Shown here in pieces: positions 1 through 10,748 of a DNA stretch of 64,000 nucleotides. The first letter of the stretch is position 1, and each line of letters starts with the position of its first letter. Source of the stretch: a virus; IMG/VR virus record IMGVR_UViG_3300045253_000023, positions 32,001 to 96,000 of that record; one strand, given 5' to 3'. The notes beneath the pieces were generated by a model that ran no database searches, was not told the DNA's origin, and saw only the letters and a list, made by a program, of their open reading frames with translations. A program made the translations under genes and the position numbers.

Positions 1-196
1 AGGATTCTTGGGTGGCGGCAATCCAGCAATTGGTTCACTTCCATTGTTCTCATTCACTCCAAATACGCAGTTGTTCTTTGCGGTTTCAGTAGCAGCAAAT
101 GCTGGTTCATCTGGACCAAATGGACTCAACACAATCAACAGCGGTCAGGCGTCGCCTGTTAATACCGCACCAGCAGGTTTCGATCCGTGGGGTTAA
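1..196 (+). CDS. C-terminal end of a gene running in from the left edge; by synteny probably gp15-like tail completion protein
   Basis: Open frame ending at TAA 194-196 directly before gp16; identity from gene order only. Confidence 0.35.
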   Translation, partial: GFLGGGNPAIGSLPLFSFTPNTQLFFAVSVAANAGSSGPNGLNTINSGQASPVNTAPAGFDPWG

Positions 197-201
197 GTGT
201 T

Positions 202-735
202 ATGACAAAAGTTGATGATACATTTTCATCATTGAATGAACTTCTTGGCATCAATGCCGAAGAAAAACAAGAGATGATCTCTGTCGACGATGACAAAAAT
301 GTCCAGAGTCTTGTGCCTCAAGACAATACTGTCATTGCTTTCAGAGAGAATACGAATGCGCCAGATAAAGGCCAGAGTGCCACGGATGATTTCAACTTCG
401 CGCGGGAAGTCATTCATGACGCGCTCCAGCGCGCGCAGGACTTGGTTGCTGTCACGATCCGTGAAGCAAAGATCACTGGACATCCTATGGTCATGCAGGC
501 TGCTAACCAAGCAATCAAGAACATTTCGGAGCTGGGCAAAGACTTGCTCGAAATACATAATAAAATCAAGGAGTTAAAGGCTGACGACAAACCTCAGCAG
601 CCTGGCAAGACAATTATTGTTGAGAAGTCGACCCTTGAACTCTTGAGAGAACTCAAGAAAGATATGGCCATTATTGATGGTGAAGCAACAAGGATAGAGC
701 ATAATGGATCTGAATCTCGAACCACCAGTTCCTGA
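202..735 (+). CDS. 16: Terminase small subunit (gp16-like)
   Basis: Helical DDFNFAREVIH...HP..QA motif; overlaps start of large terminase. Confidence 0.8.
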   Translation: MTKVDDTFSSLNELLGINAEEKQEMISVDDDKNVQSLVPQDNTVIAFRENTNAPDKGQSATDDFNFAREVIHDALQRAQDLVAVTIREAKITGHPMVMQAANQAIKNISELGKDLLEIHNKIKELKADDKPQQPGKTIIVEKSTLELLRELKKDMAIIDGEATRIEHNGSESRTTSS

Positions 736-2386
736 TTTCAAGTTGAAACGCTCCCAGGGATATCTGGGAAACAAAGAAATTAAGCGAGCAGGAGTTACGT
801 TGCCTCTGACACCAGAGCATATCAAGGAATATGCCAAATGTGCCATGGACATCAACTACTTCTGCGAAATGTACATGAAAATTGTCTCTGTGGACGATGG
901 TTTGATTCCATTGAAGCCATTTCCATTCCAGAAGAAGATCATTGCAGCATCCATCGAGAACAGATTCAACATCGTGGTTTGCGCACGTCAATCTGGTAAG
1001 ACAACAACCAACACAGCAATCATCCTTCACTATATTCTGTTCAATGAGCAGAAGAACGTGGCCATCATTGCTAACAAAGCGCAAACTGCTCGAAGCATCC
1101 TCGATCGTATCCAGTTGGCATACAGACATCTACCAAAGTGGCTGCAACAAGGTGTTGTGGAGTGGAACAAAGGTTCTTCATCCTTTGAGAATGGTTGCAA
1201 GATTTTCGTTGGTTCAACGACATCATCATCGATTCGTGGTGAAACAATCGCCATGCTGTTCATCGACGAAGTTGCCTTCATTGAGCCAAACCTGTATGAA
1301 GAGTTCTTCCGCTCAGTCTACCCAACCATCTCATCTGGTAAGACAACCAAGATTTTCATGGTGTCAACTCCAAATGGAATGAATCACTTCTACACACTGG
1401 TCAAAGCTGCCAGAGAGAACAAGAGCGGATTTAAGCTGCTTGAGTTCACGTGGCGCGATGTTCCAGGTAGAACTGAGGAATGGAAAGAACAAGAAATTGC
1501 CAACACTTCTCCTGAGGCGTTCAATCAGGAACAAGAATGTGTGTTCATGGGTTCCACCAAGACGCTGTTGTCTTCGAAGTGCCTCAAAGATTTGTCCTTC
1601 AACAATCCGCTGGACATCAATGATGAGAAGACACTCAAGCTCTATGAGAAGCCAATCAAGAGAAACCCAGATATTGAGGATGACGTCAACAACGTTGATC
1701 ATCAATACTTTTTGTCTGTGGACGTTTCGGAAGGTTTGAATCAAGACTACTCCACAATCTCTGTGATTGACATCACATCAATCCCATACAAGCAAGTCGC
1801 TACATACAGAAGCAATCGCATTTCGCCACTGTTGTTCCCTATGATCATCTACAAGATGGCCACTGCGTACAACAATGCGTATGTCCTTGTTGAGAACAAC
1901 TCCATTGGTCACTCTGTGGTCAACGATTTGAACTTTGACTTGGGTTATGAGAATGTGTTGTTCATCAAGACCACAGAAGAAGAAAAGATTCGTCTGGGTA
2001 TGAAGACAACCGTTCGAACCAAGAAGCTGGGTTGCTTGCGTATCAAGGATTTGCTGGAATCTGGAATCCTCGAACTGAATGATGAGCAAACCATTCTTGA
2101 GTTGTACAACTTTGTTGAGAAAGGACCAACTTATGCGGCTGAGGAAGGATATCAAGACGACATGGTCATGGGCCTTGTCAACTTCGCATACTACTCATCG
2201 CTTGAGCAGTTCCGCAATCTGACAGAGAACGTTTTCAAGGTTCATTTCCAGGAAATGAAGAAGAAACACCTTGAGGATTCCATGCCAACGATGCCTTATA
2301 TGAACATGGATGCTGCCAAGGAAGTCCATTATGACCCGACGGACGAAGAGAACCAAAAGCTGTTTGATCAAGGGTTCTATTTGTAA
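704..2386 (+). CDS. 17: Terminase large subunit (gp17)
   Basis: ARQSGKT Walker A, FIDEVAF Walker B, STPNG, nuclease VDVSEG..DYS and DDMVM motifs. Confidence 0.98.
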   Translation: MDLNLEPPVPDFKLKRSQGYLGNKEIKRAGVTLPLTPEHIKEYAKCAMDINYFCEMYMKIVSVDDGLIPLKPFPFQKKIIAASIENRFNIVVCARQSGKTTTNTAIILHYILFNEQKNVAIIANKAQTARSILDRIQLAYRHLPKWLQQGVVEWNKGSSSFENGCKIFVGSTTSSSIRGETIAMLFIDEVAFIEPNLYEEFFRSVYPTISSGKTTKIFMVSTPNGMNHFYTLVKAARENKSGFKLLEFTWRDVPGRTEEWKEQEIANTSPEAFNQEQECVFMGSTKTLLSSKCLKDLSFNNPLDINDEKTLKLYEKPIKRNPDIEDDVNNVDHQYFLSVDVSEGLNQDYSTISVIDITSIPYKQVATYRSNRISPLLFPMIIYKMATAYNNAYVLVENNSIGHSVVNDLNFDLGYENVLFIKTTEEEKIRLGMKTTVRTKKLGCLRIKDLLESGILELNDEQTILELYNFVEKGPTYAAEEGYQDDMVMGLVNFAYYSSLEQFRNLTENVFKVHFQEMKKKHLEDSMPTMPYMNMDAAKEVHYDPTDEENQKLFDQGFYL

Positions 2387-2400
2387 GATTCTGTAGGGAA

Positions 2401-2406
2401 TAAGTA
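2401..2406 (+). promoter_or_regulatory. Putative late promoter TAAGTA upstream of tail sheath
   Basis: Same hexamer precedes many structural genes (see findings). Confidence 0.65.
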
Positions 2407-2491
2407 ATCTGTGATGAACATCTATTGGGAAGAAGCTGGAAGCAATCTTCTCTGACGCAGGAAGCACAACAATATATCAAGGAGAAACATA

Positions 2492-4309
2492 ATGGCTGGT
2501 TCCTTCCTCATTTCACCAGGAGTACTTGTCAAGGAACAGGATTTCTCCCTCATTGTCCCAACAGTTCCAGTTAACATCGGAGCGGTCGTCGGTGACTTTA
2601 ACTGGGGACCTGTTGAGGAAATCACACTGATTTCTGACGAGCCAACGCTGGCGCAAGTTTTCGATCCACCTGTCAATCGCAATGCGAAGGACTGGTTCAC
2701 CGCGCGTAACTTCTTGACTTACTCCAAGAATTTGTATGCTGTGCGTATGATCGACGACGTTCTTACCAACTACGTTTCGTCAAATGGTAGCTCGGCAGTT
2801 GGCAACGCTGTTGACCTGACATACACCCCAACACACACTTATTGGAATGCTCCAGCCTCTGGAACACCTTCCAAGATCATCGTCAAGAATCATCAGGATT
2901 TCTTGAATCAGTATGACACTCTGAAGCAGTACACCAACGGCACCAACAAGATCAACTTCATTGCTCGTTACCCAGGCAGCAAGGGTAACAACATTCAGGT
3001 TGCATTCACAGGTACTGCTGGCTTCGGTGCATGGACATATGCTGATCGTTTCTCCTTCACCCCAACATTGAATGAATTGGCAATGGTTGTTCTGTTGAAC
3101 GGCCAGGTCGTCGAAACATTCTTTGTTTCCCTGATTCCAGGAACAGTTGACGGCAATGGCCAGCCAATGTACATCGGCAACGTCTTGAATGACGAGTCGC
3201 AGTACGTCTATGTCCTTCCAGCCAACTTTGTCACATACACTGGCGGACACAACGGCGACACATATGTTGCTGGCGATGCTCCAACCGTTTACCCAACAAC
3301 AGTGGTTTCATTGATCCATGGTGGCGACACCACAGCAAATTCATCCACAGCGATGGAAGCTGGATATTTCGCAGGCTGGGCATTGTTTGCCGCAGCTTCC
3401 GACATCTCAATCAACTACTGCATGCAGGGTGGTGCTGACCCAGTCGTTGGTAACTACATCATCGAGAATGTGGCAATGGTCCGTAAGGACTGCGTTGCGT
3501 TCGTTTCCCCACGTCAGCAAGACGTCGTGAACAACGCAACTCCATCAACCACAATGGTCAACTTCCGTCAGGGTGGCTTGACAGACCTGTCATACAACAT
3601 CGACTCGTCATATGCCTTCCTCGATGGCAACTACAAGTACCAGTTCGACAACTACAACCTCGTCTATCGTTGGGTTCCATTCAACGGCGACATGGCTGGT
3701 CTGTTGGCTCAAACAGCTTACACAAACGATCCTTGGTGGTCGCCAGCTGGTTTGAATCGTGGCCAGATCAAGGATGTGGTCAAGTTGGCATTCAATCCAA
3801 CTCAGGCAATGCGAGACCAGATGTACTCGGCAAACATCAACCCAATCGTGTCCTTCCCAGGACAAGGTGTGGTTTTGTATGGCGACAAAACAATGCAGGC
3901 TCGCCCATCAGCATTCGACCGCATCAACGTGCGTATGCTGTTCATCGTCATCGAAGTCGCTATCGCAAAGGCAGCTCAGTATTTGCTGTTCGAGTTCAAC
4001 GACGTCTTCACACAGAATCGTTTCGTCCAGATGGTCGAACCTTACCTGCGTGATGTTCAGGCTCGTCGTGGTATTGAAAAGGTCAAGGGTCAAGATGGAT
4101 TCTACATCATCGCAGACTCTCGCGTCAATACTCCACAGGTCATCGACTCCAACCAGTTCGTGGCAACAATCCTGATCAAGCCTGCGCGTTCGATCAACTT
4201 CATCACCTTGACATTTGCAGCAACGTCAACTGGTGTTGAGTTCGCAGAACTTGCAGCCGAGATCACAGGTTCGTCGCCAACCACTGGCACAATCAACCTC
4301 AGCGCGTAA
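2492..4309 (+). CDS. 18: Contractile tail sheath protein (gp18)
   Basis: SPGVLVKEQD N-terminus, WGP, PWWSPAGLNRG, SAFDRINVR, IKPARSINFI motifs. Confidence 0.98.
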   Translation: MAGSFLISPGVLVKEQDFSLIVPTVPVNIGAVVGDFNWGPVEEITLISDEPTLAQVFDPPVNRNAKDWFTARNFLTYSKNLYAVRMIDDVLTNYVSSNGSSAVGNAVDLTYTPTHTYWNAPASGTPSKIIVKNHQDFLNQYDTLKQYTNGTNKINFIARYPGSKGNNIQVAFTGTAGFGAWTYADRFSFTPTLNELAMVVLLNGQVVETFFVSLIPGTVDGNGQPMYIGNVLNDESQYVYVLPANFVTYTGGHNGDTYVAGDAPTVYPTTVVSLIHGGDTTANSSTAMEAGYFAGWALFAAASDISINYCMQGGADPVVGNYIIENVAMVRKDCVAFVSPRQQDVVNNATPSTTMVNFRQGGLTDLSYNIDSSYAFLDGNYKYQFDNYNLVYRWVPFNGDMAGLLAQTAYTNDPWWSPAGLNRGQIKDVVKLAFNPTQAMRDQMYSANINPIVSFPGQGVVLYGDKTMQARPSAFDRINVRMLFIVIEVAIAKAAQYLLFEFNDVFTQNRFVQMVEPYLRDVQARRGIEKVKGQDGFYIIADSRVNTPQVIDSNQFVATILIKPARSINFITLTFAATSTGVEFAELAAEITGSSPTTGTINLSA

Positions 4310-4336
4310 CAATCAACAGGAAAGGAATCTTCGAAT

Positions 4337-4819
4337 ATGGATATTGAACAGTTCAAGGGTGCGTTTAGCGACCTCGCTCGCCCAAATCGCTTCCAAGTGA
4401 TTCTGTCGCGCGCTGGCAACTTGCAGTTCTTCTGTAAGGCAACCACTGTGCCTGGCAATCACGTCGCGGCAGCAGACGTCAACTATCAAGGACGTATTGT
4501 CAAACTTCCTGGTGATCGTGAGAATCCAGATTGGACTGTTACAGTCTATTCGGATACCACATATGCGGTCTATCAGGCATTCCAGGCTTGGCTCAAGGAT
4601 ATCAATGATCCTGAAGGCAATACTGGCAATACACCTGCGGGAGTGAAGGCCGATGGAATTATCAACCATCTTGGTCGTGACGATGCGGTCATCAACAGCT
4701 GGCAGATTGTTGGATGCTTGCCAACCGAACTCGGCTCTGTCGAGTTGGATTGGGGTACCAACAACACTGTCTCCAGCTTCACTGTGACGCTGGCGAACGA
4801 CTACGTCTTGCCAAACTAA
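4337..4819 (+). CDS. 19: Tail tube protein (gp19)
   Basis: ARPNRF, GRIVKLPGDR..DWTVT motifs; follows sheath. Confidence 0.95.
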   Translation: MDIEQFKGAFSDLARPNRFQVILSRAGNLQFFCKATTVPGNHVAAADVNYQGRIVKLPGDRENPDWTVTVYSDTTYAVYQAFQAWLKDINDPEGNTGNTPAGVKADGIINHLGRDDAVINSWQIVGCLPTELGSVELDWGTNNTVSSFTVTLANDYVLPN

Positions 4820-4844
4820 GCAGGCAGTAGAACGAGACCCACAG

Positions 4845-4873
4845 AAGGGAAGGAGTGATATCCTTCCCTTTTT
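4845..4873 (+). terminator. Rho-independent terminator
   Basis: AAGGGAAGGA/TCCTTCCCTT stem plus T-run. Confidence 0.75.
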
Positions 4874-4896
4874 AATTTCTGGCTCTACCAACAACC

Positions 4897-4902
4897 TAAG
4901 TA
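4897..4902 (+). promoter_or_regulatory. Putative late promoter TAAGTA upstream of portal
   Basis: CTAAGTA 35 nt before portal ATG. Confidence 0.65.
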
Positions 4903-4937
4903 CCACTGTTGAGATAGATTCCATATAAGGGAAATTC

Positions 4938-6656
4938 ATGTTTAAGGTATTCGGACTCGAATTTGGCAAAGAAAAGCAAGCCAATGAAGAGGAACGCAAG
5001 CTACAGTCCATTGTCCCTCGTTCAGACCAGGGCGCAGTTGTCATTGACGACAACTATGTCGGGCGTTCTGCGGAATTCTTCATCTATGGCAACACTGCTG
5101 AATTCACCTTCCGCAGCCAGAAGGATCGCATCGAGCTGTATCGCAGGATGTGTGAGAATCCATATGTCGACACAGCAATTGATGACATTGTCAATGAAGC
5201 AATCACCTTCGATGTAGAGAAAGGCATTGTCTTCTTGAAGCTGGACAAGACCACATTCTCAGAGAGTATCAAGAAAAAGATCATTGATGAATTCAATGGC
5301 GTGCTTGAGCTCATGGAGTTTGATTTCAATGGTCCTGACGTATTCCGTCAATGGTATGTTGATGGTCAAACATATATTCATGTGGTTGTTGATCCAGAAG
5401 ACCTCAAGAGCGGTATCCATGAGATTCGCTTTGTTGATCCCCGCGCAATCCAGAAGATTGTTGAGATTCAGACAGACCCAGCAACTGGTGTCGAAGTATC
5501 TCGCAATGAGTTCTACCTGTATATGCCTAACATGGCATTGGATAAGAACAATCTGTCCACCAAGACCAAGATGGCTCAAGAATTCAAGGCTGTCAAGCTG
5601 ACTGCTGATTCTGTGGCGTATATCTGGTCTGGCAGAACCAACATCGATGGTTTCCCAATTTCCTACATGGACAGAGCCATCAAGGCTTGGAACCAAATCA
5701 ATTCATTGGAAGACGCATTCATCGTTTTCCATCTTTCTCGTGCCCCATCCAAGCGTGCTTTCTACATTGACGTTGGCGATTTGCCAAAGCCAGCTGCTGA
5801 AAAGTACATGAAAGGCATGATTGAGAAGTACAAGAACAAAGCCATCTACGACATGAAGACTGGTCAGGTCGACAATGCTGCCCAGATCAATTCCATGTTC
5901 CATGACTACTGGCTGCCTCGTCAGAACGGCAAAAACAGCACAGAAATTGGAGTCATTGAAGGCACCGCACAGAATTTTGCTGGTCCAAATGAGTTGGAAT
6001 ACTGGCTCAAGAAGCTATGGCGCGCATTCAAGATTCCAATCACTCGACTCAATTCAGAGTCTGTAACTCCATTTGGACGTGGTTCAGAAATCACACGCGA
6101 TGAACTGAAATTCCAGAAGTTCATCAACAAGTTGCGTGGCCGATTCTCACAGCTATTCTCAGAAATTCTGCGTCGTCAGTTGTTGCTCAAGAACATCATC
6201 ACCCAGGATGATTGGGAAGAGAACAAATACAACGTGCGTTTTGAGTATGCCCAAGATTCCATGTTCTTTGAGATGAAGAGCACAGAAATTCTTGAGATGC
6301 GTCTCCAAACATTGAACACAATCACACCATACATCGGCAAATACTACACACAAGACTGGGTTGAGAAGAACGTGCTCATGTTGTCTGATGAACAGATTGA
6401 TGAGATGCACAACAAGTTGGGTGAGGAAATTGGTTCTGGTATCCATGACAGTGACTTCACAGACAAGGAAGGCAACCCAATGCAGCCTTCACAAGCTGCG
6501 AAGAAGGGTTTGGGTGCGGGCGCTGCGTTCGGTCAAAGCACCAACGCGACTTCTACTGATGCCAACAAAAATTCAGCATACTCTTCACCAAAGAGCAAAT
6601 CAAATCCAGGCAAAAGCCTGATTTCAACCAGAGACAAAGCACCAAAGGGAGCATAA
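4938..6656 (+). CDS. 20: Portal protein (gp20)
   Basis: FRQWYVDG, RAP..R.FYIDVGDLPK, DYWLPR, ITRDELKF motifs. Confidence 0.97.
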   Translation: MFKVFGLEFGKEKQANEEERKLQSIVPRSDQGAVVIDDNYVGRSAEFFIYGNTAEFTFRSQKDRIELYRRMCENPYVDTAIDDIVNEAITFDVEKGIVFLKLDKTTFSESIKKKIIDEFNGVLELMEFDFNGPDVFRQWYVDGQTYIHVVVDPEDLKSGIHEIRFVDPRAIQKIVEIQTDPATGVEVSRNEFYLYMPNMALDKNNLSTKTKMAQEFKAVKLTADSVAYIWSGRTNIDGFPISYMDRAIKAWNQINSLEDAFIVFHLSRAPSKRAFYIDVGDLPKPAAEKYMKGMIEKYKNKAIYDMKTGQVDNAAQINSMFHDYWLPRQNGKNSTEIGVIEGTAQNFAGPNELEYWLKKLWRAFKIPITRLNSESVTPFGRGSEITRDELKFQKFINKLRGRFSQLFSEILRRQLLLKNIITQDDWEENKYNVRFEYAQDSMFFEMKSTEILEMRLQTLNTITPYIGKYYTQDWVEKNVLMLSDEQIDEMHNKLGEEIGSGIHDSDFTDKEGNPMQPSQAAKKGLGAGAAFGQSTNATSTDANKNSAYSSPKSKSNPGKSLISTRDKAPKGA

Positions 6657-6660
6657 TATC

Positions 6661-6837
6661 ATGGCAAATTTGAAGGAAAGAATTGAAAATCTGTTGAGAG
6701 AGAAGGTCGCCAATCGCGTCCGCTTTGAAGGCAAGTCTTTGATCAAGAAAGACATGAATGCCTACACCAAATTGGATTCTACTGGCATTTCAAACTCAAC
6801 TGGCATTGCCACAGAAGGCAAGAAAGACAAGAAGTAG
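6661..6837 (+). CDS. Small prohead core protein (gp67/68 position), 58 aa, not in ORF track
   Basis: MANLKERIENLLREKVANRV...KDKK*; GGGAG SD; lies between portal and protease. Confidence 0.55.
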   Translation: MANLKERIENLLREKVANRVRFEGKSLIKKDMNAYTKLDSTGISNSTGIATEGKKDKK

Positions 6838-6951
6838 CCATTGGTTTGGAGAAATATGCTTGGCAAACCACAGCCAAAATTCTCCAACCACTAAGTAATT
6901 GATAGGAAATGGAATTTCTTCAGGGTTGAAAAGGACTTCAGGGATAATACA

Positions 6952-7620
6952 ATGAGACTGCTTGTCGAAGACATCACAGAGACCAAGCTGGTCCATGAAA
7001 TTAGTGAGGCCATCTCAGAGAATGGTGGCACTCCTATGAAGCAATATTGGCTGACAGGAATTTTCCTGCAAGCGGATATGAGGAATGGCAACAACCGCAT
7101 CTATCCAAAAGCAATTTTGGATGAAGCAGTTGATGTGTATCGTCAGAAGTACATCGCGCTTGGGCGCGGATATGGCGAACTTGGACACCCTGATCCAAAT
7201 GATCCTGGTATCCACTTGAACAACGTTGCAATCTTGACGCAAGACATCAAAGAAGATGGAAACAATTTCATTGGCAAGGCCAAGGTCATTGATACTCCAG
7301 CTGGTCGCATTGTGAAAGCCTTCATTGATGAGGGTGTAACATTGGGCGTTTCTTCGCGTGGTCGTGGCGATGTCAAGAATGGTATTGTCCAGAAGGGATT
7401 CCGACTGGTCACCGCTGTGGACGTGGTTGCTGATCCTTCTGCTCCTGACGCATTTGCATCTGCATTGGTTGAAGGCAAGGATTGGGTTGTTGAGAATGGC
7501 ATCATGCTGGATGAGGAAGTTTCAAGTCTTCGTCTGGAATTGCTGGCTACAAACCGCAAGAATTTGGTTGCCAAGAAGATGGAATTGCTTCAAAAGTTCC
7601 TTGGAAAAATCTCAACTTAA
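6952..7620 (+). CDS. 21: Prohead maturation protease (gp21)
   Basis: NGNNRIYP, GELGHP (catalytic His), GVSSRG (catalytic Ser), DVVADPSAPDA. Confidence 0.97.
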   Translation: MRLLVEDITETKLVHEISEAISENGGTPMKQYWLTGIFLQADMRNGNNRIYPKAILDEAVDVYRQKYIALGRGYGELGHPDPNDPGIHLNNVAILTQDIKEDGNNFIGKAKVIDTPAGRIVKAFIDEGVTLGVSSRGRGDVKNGIVQKGFRLVTAVDVVADPSAPDAFASALVEGKDWVVENGIMLDEEVSSLRLELLATNRKNLVAKKMELLQKFLGKIST

Positions 7621-7674
7621 TAAGTAACTGTTGTACATGGAATTTCAACCGATTCGCGAGAAAGGAATCCAAAC

Positions 7675-8511
7675 GTGAAAAAGAACAAAATTACAGTTGC
7701 TCTCGATGTGAAAGCATTGAACACAAATTACAAGGTCGAAAAGGAACTCAAGGAAGAGCTGCGCAAGATTTTGGGCGCAGAACTGACAGAGTCCGATGGC
7801 GACAAGGTTTCCGTCCTCTTTGAATCCGCAGTGAATGCAAAGTTGAACAAGCTGTTGCCAGCAGTGGCAAAGCAGTTCAACACACAAGTTGCAGCACGTG
7901 TGGTTGAAATCAAGGAAGAACTCACAGACAACATTTCTGACTATCTGTCATATGTCGTTGAGCAGTGGTTTGATGAAAACAAGCAAGCCATCACCACAGG
8001 CCTCAAGGCAGCACGCGACAATACTCTGATTGAAGAACTTCAGAAGGTGTTCGCAACCCATCTGGTTTCCGTTCCAAACAAGGGCGAGAACCTGGTTGAG
8101 AGCCTGGAAAAGAAGCTCAAGAAAGCAGAGCGTCAGTTGTCAGAATCACAAGACAACAACATTGCTCTCAAGAACCGCGTCGCTGGTCTCAAGTGCGAGC
8201 GCGTTTTTGAAGACTTGTCGGAAGGCCTCGCAGCAACCGAAGCAGAGAAGTTCATGACTCTGGTTGAGGACCTCGAAGTCAACGATCCAAAAGATTTTGA
8301 AACCAAGGCAAAGATCATCCGTGATGCCCACTTCCCAAAGGCCAAGACATTGGCTGAGTCGAAGGTGGACGCCAAAGCAGCAGCTGGCAAGGTGCTGACG
8401 GAATCCAAGCAGGTGGGTTCAAAGGCGGCATCAACTGCCAAGACCAATGATGGTAATGGAAATGTCATCGACATGTCCCGTGCTCTCAAGAAGTCGCGAT
8501 TTGCTTCTTAA
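7675..8511 (+). CDS. 22: Prohead core scaffold protein (gp22)
   Basis: LFESAV, DYLSYVVEQW..EN motifs, coiled coil; between gp21 and gp23. Confidence 0.9.
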   Translation: MKKNKITVALDVKALNTNYKVEKELKEELRKILGAELTESDGDKVSVLFESAVNAKLNKLLPAVAKQFNTQVAARVVEIKEELTDNISDYLSYVVEQWFDENKQAITTGLKAARDNTLIEELQKVFATHLVSVPNKGENLVESLEKKLKKAERQLSESQDNNIALKNRVAGLKCERVFEDLSEGLAATEAEKFMTLVEDLEVNDPKDFETKAKIIRDAHFPKAKTLAESKVDAKAAAGKVLTESKQVGSKAASTAKTNDGNGNVIDMSRALKKSRFAS

Positions 8512-8542
8512 TTTTTAACCAACATTTCAAGGAAGAATACAA

Positions 8543-9766
8543 ATGAACATGAAAGTCGAACTCACAGAAGAGATCGTCGGCAAGTGGCATGATGTCATCG
8601 AGGCAGAAGGCGCTGTCGCGATCAAGGACCCAACGGTCAAGAAGAACCTCATCCGCACACTCGAAGTCTCCGAGCGTACCCTTCAGGAAGAAACCACAAC
8701 TGGCGCAGTCGCAAACTGGGACCCAGTACTTGTTTCCCTGATTCGTCGTACACAGCCATCACTGGTTGCCAACCAACTCGTCGGCGTTCAGCCAATGACT
8801 GGTCCAACTGGCCTGATCTTCATCATGCGCGCGTTCTATTTCAACTCTGTCACATCAACACAGACAGAAACTTGGAATCAGGTTGCTCCTGATCCAAACC
8901 AGTCCGGAAACGGTTCTGGCGTGTCGATGACCACATCTGCTGCTGAGCAGCTGGGTACTGCGTTGGTGACCAACACTGGTTCCAACCCACAGCCAGTTCT
9001 GCCAACCGCACCATGGACAGAAATGAACTTCTCCATCGAAAAGAGCTCAGTCACTGCTGGCTCCCGCGCGATGAAGGCAAAGTACACTCGTGAACTTGAG
9101 CAAGACCTGCGCAACATTCACGGCTTGGACGCTGAGCAAGAATTGTCCACGATCCTTTCCGCAGAAATCACTGCTGAAATCGACCGCGAAATTCTCGCCC
9201 TGATCTTGTCCCAGGCTGTCAATGCTGGCAACTTCGACCTCAACACCGACACAGACGGTCGTTGGGAAGTTGAAAAGTACAAGGCTCTCGTCGTCAAGAT
9301 CGAGAAGGAAGGCAACAAGGTTGCACGCGGTACACGTCGTGGCAAGGCCAACTTCATCATCACCTCGGCAAACGTCGCTGGTGCGTTGAACATGGCAGGC
9401 AAGATTGACGCGTTGACCAACTTCGGTTCGTTCGCACCAAACACAGTCGGAATGTCTTACGTCGGTGTCTTGGCTGGAACATACCAGGTGTATGTCGATC
9501 CATATGCTACCACAGACTATGTCGTGGTTGGATACAAGGGACCAAACGTGTATGATGCTGGTATCTTCTACAGCCCATACGTTCCTCTTGAGTTCCTCCG
9601 CGCAACTGGTCAGGATGACTTCCAGCCACGTATCGGTTTCAAGACACGTTATGGTATCATCGCCAACCCATTCGGTGCTTACACAGACCCATCCTCGAGC
9701 TCTGCTCCAGGATACCTGGGATCAGGCAACCAGTACTACCGTCTGTTCACAGTTTCCTCGATCTAA
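8543..9766 (+). CDS. 23: Major capsid protein (gp23)
   Basis: GVQPMTGPTGLIF, ELEQDL..HGLDAE.EL, FQPRIGFKTRYG. Confidence 0.99.
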   Translation: MNMKVELTEEIVGKWHDVIEAEGAVAIKDPTVKKNLIRTLEVSERTLQEETTTGAVANWDPVLVSLIRRTQPSLVANQLVGVQPMTGPTGLIFIMRAFYFNSVTSTQTETWNQVAPDPNQSGNGSGVSMTTSAAEQLGTALVTNTGSNPQPVLPTAPWTEMNFSIEKSSVTAGSRAMKAKYTRELEQDLRNIHGLDAEQELSTILSAEITAEIDREILALILSQAVNAGNFDLNTDTDGRWEVEKYKALVVKIEKEGNKVARGTRRGKANFIITSANVAGALNMAGKIDALTNFGSFAPNTVGMSYVGVLAGTYQVYVDPYATTDYVVVGYKGPNVYDAGIFYSPYVPLEFLRATGQDDFQPRIGFKTRYGIIANPFGAYTDPSSSSAPGYLGSGNQYYRLFTVSSI

Positions 9767-9795
9767 TCATCGAGCAACTGAGTCACAAACACTTG

Positions 9796-9824
9796 GAAAC
9801 CCGCGCAAGCGGGTTTTCTTGTTT
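9796..9824 (+). terminator. Rho-independent terminator after capsid gene
   Basis: GAAACCCGC-GCAA-GCGGGTTTT stem-loop. Confidence 0.85.
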
Positions 9825-9873
9825 CCGGAAACCGTATAAGTAGAGGCATGATTGAGCACTTGGATAACACATA

Positions 9874-10497
9874 ATGATTCCTGAGAATGTATTCAACGAT
9901 ACCACCATCTGGCACGATGACAATCCACATCGTTCTTTGATTGTTGTAGACAACTTCTATCGACATCCAGATGCGGTGCGTGAACTTGCGTTGAGGCAAG
10001 ATTATGTGGAAGACCTTCGATATTACAAAGGTCTGCGTACAAGAGAACAGTTCTTGTTCCCTCGCGTCAGGGAAACTTTTCAAGACCTTCTACAGTCCAA
10101 CATAACTGATTGGACAGATCAATCATTCAATGGTGTCTTTCAACAAACCAATTGCAATGATCCATTGGTATATCACTCTGATCTTCAGAGCTATGCCGCA
10201 GCCATCTATCTGAATCCTGCGTACCACCTTGAAGGTGGCACATCATTTTGGGCTCATACTCTGACTGGTCAAATGGACAGCAGAACAGACGATCCAGACA
10301 ACACCATATTCACCGCTGAATCTGTGCTTGACTCCAAACAATGGAGACTCGTTGACAAGGTGGCCCCAGTATACAACAGATTGGTGATTTGGGATGCGAA
10401 GCGTATTCATTCTGCTTCCTCATATCAAGCATCCACGAAATATGATCCTCGATTGGTGCAGTTGTTCTTCTTCAACACTTTCGACACCAAGTCTTAA
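9874..10497 (+). CDS. 2OG-Fe(II) oxygenase-fold protein (DUF6445-like)
   Basis: VVDNFY..PD, YHSD (HxD), GGTSFW, YNRLVIWDA..IHS, RLVQLFF. Confidence 0.75.
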   Translation: MIPENVFNDTTIWHDDNPHRSLIVVDNFYRHPDAVRELALRQDYVEDLRYYKGLRTREQFLFPRVRETFQDLLQSNITDWTDQSFNGVFQQTNCNDPLVYHSDLQSYAAAIYLNPAYHLEGGTSFWAHTLTGQMDSRTDDPDNTIFTAESVLDSKQWRLVDKVAPVYNRLVIWDAKRIHSASSYQASTKYDPRLVQLFFFNTFDTKS

Positions 10498-10748
10498 CCC
10501 AATTTTAACCTTTCTTGACGTATAAGTACAGTGTGCTGACACATCAAGAGACATGAAGAGAGATGATTTGTATGATACTCAACAACAGAATATTTCGGAT
10601 TCTCCGAGAGATCAAAGAGGATATCGCACAGGTCATTTGTCTTCTGAAGAAGCTCGTCAGGAATCACGTCCCAGCTCCAACAGCCCTGTATGAGCTGAGA
10701 TTTTCAGTCCCTTCCATCCATCAAATGTTTTTCCAAGGAGTTACACTC

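Noticed and set aside
4313-5053. Long minus-strand and alternate-frame ORFs (for example 4313-5053, 11880-12533, 23983-24678, 53338-54099)
   Set aside because: They are shadows of well-supported plus-strand genes and show no recognisable motifs
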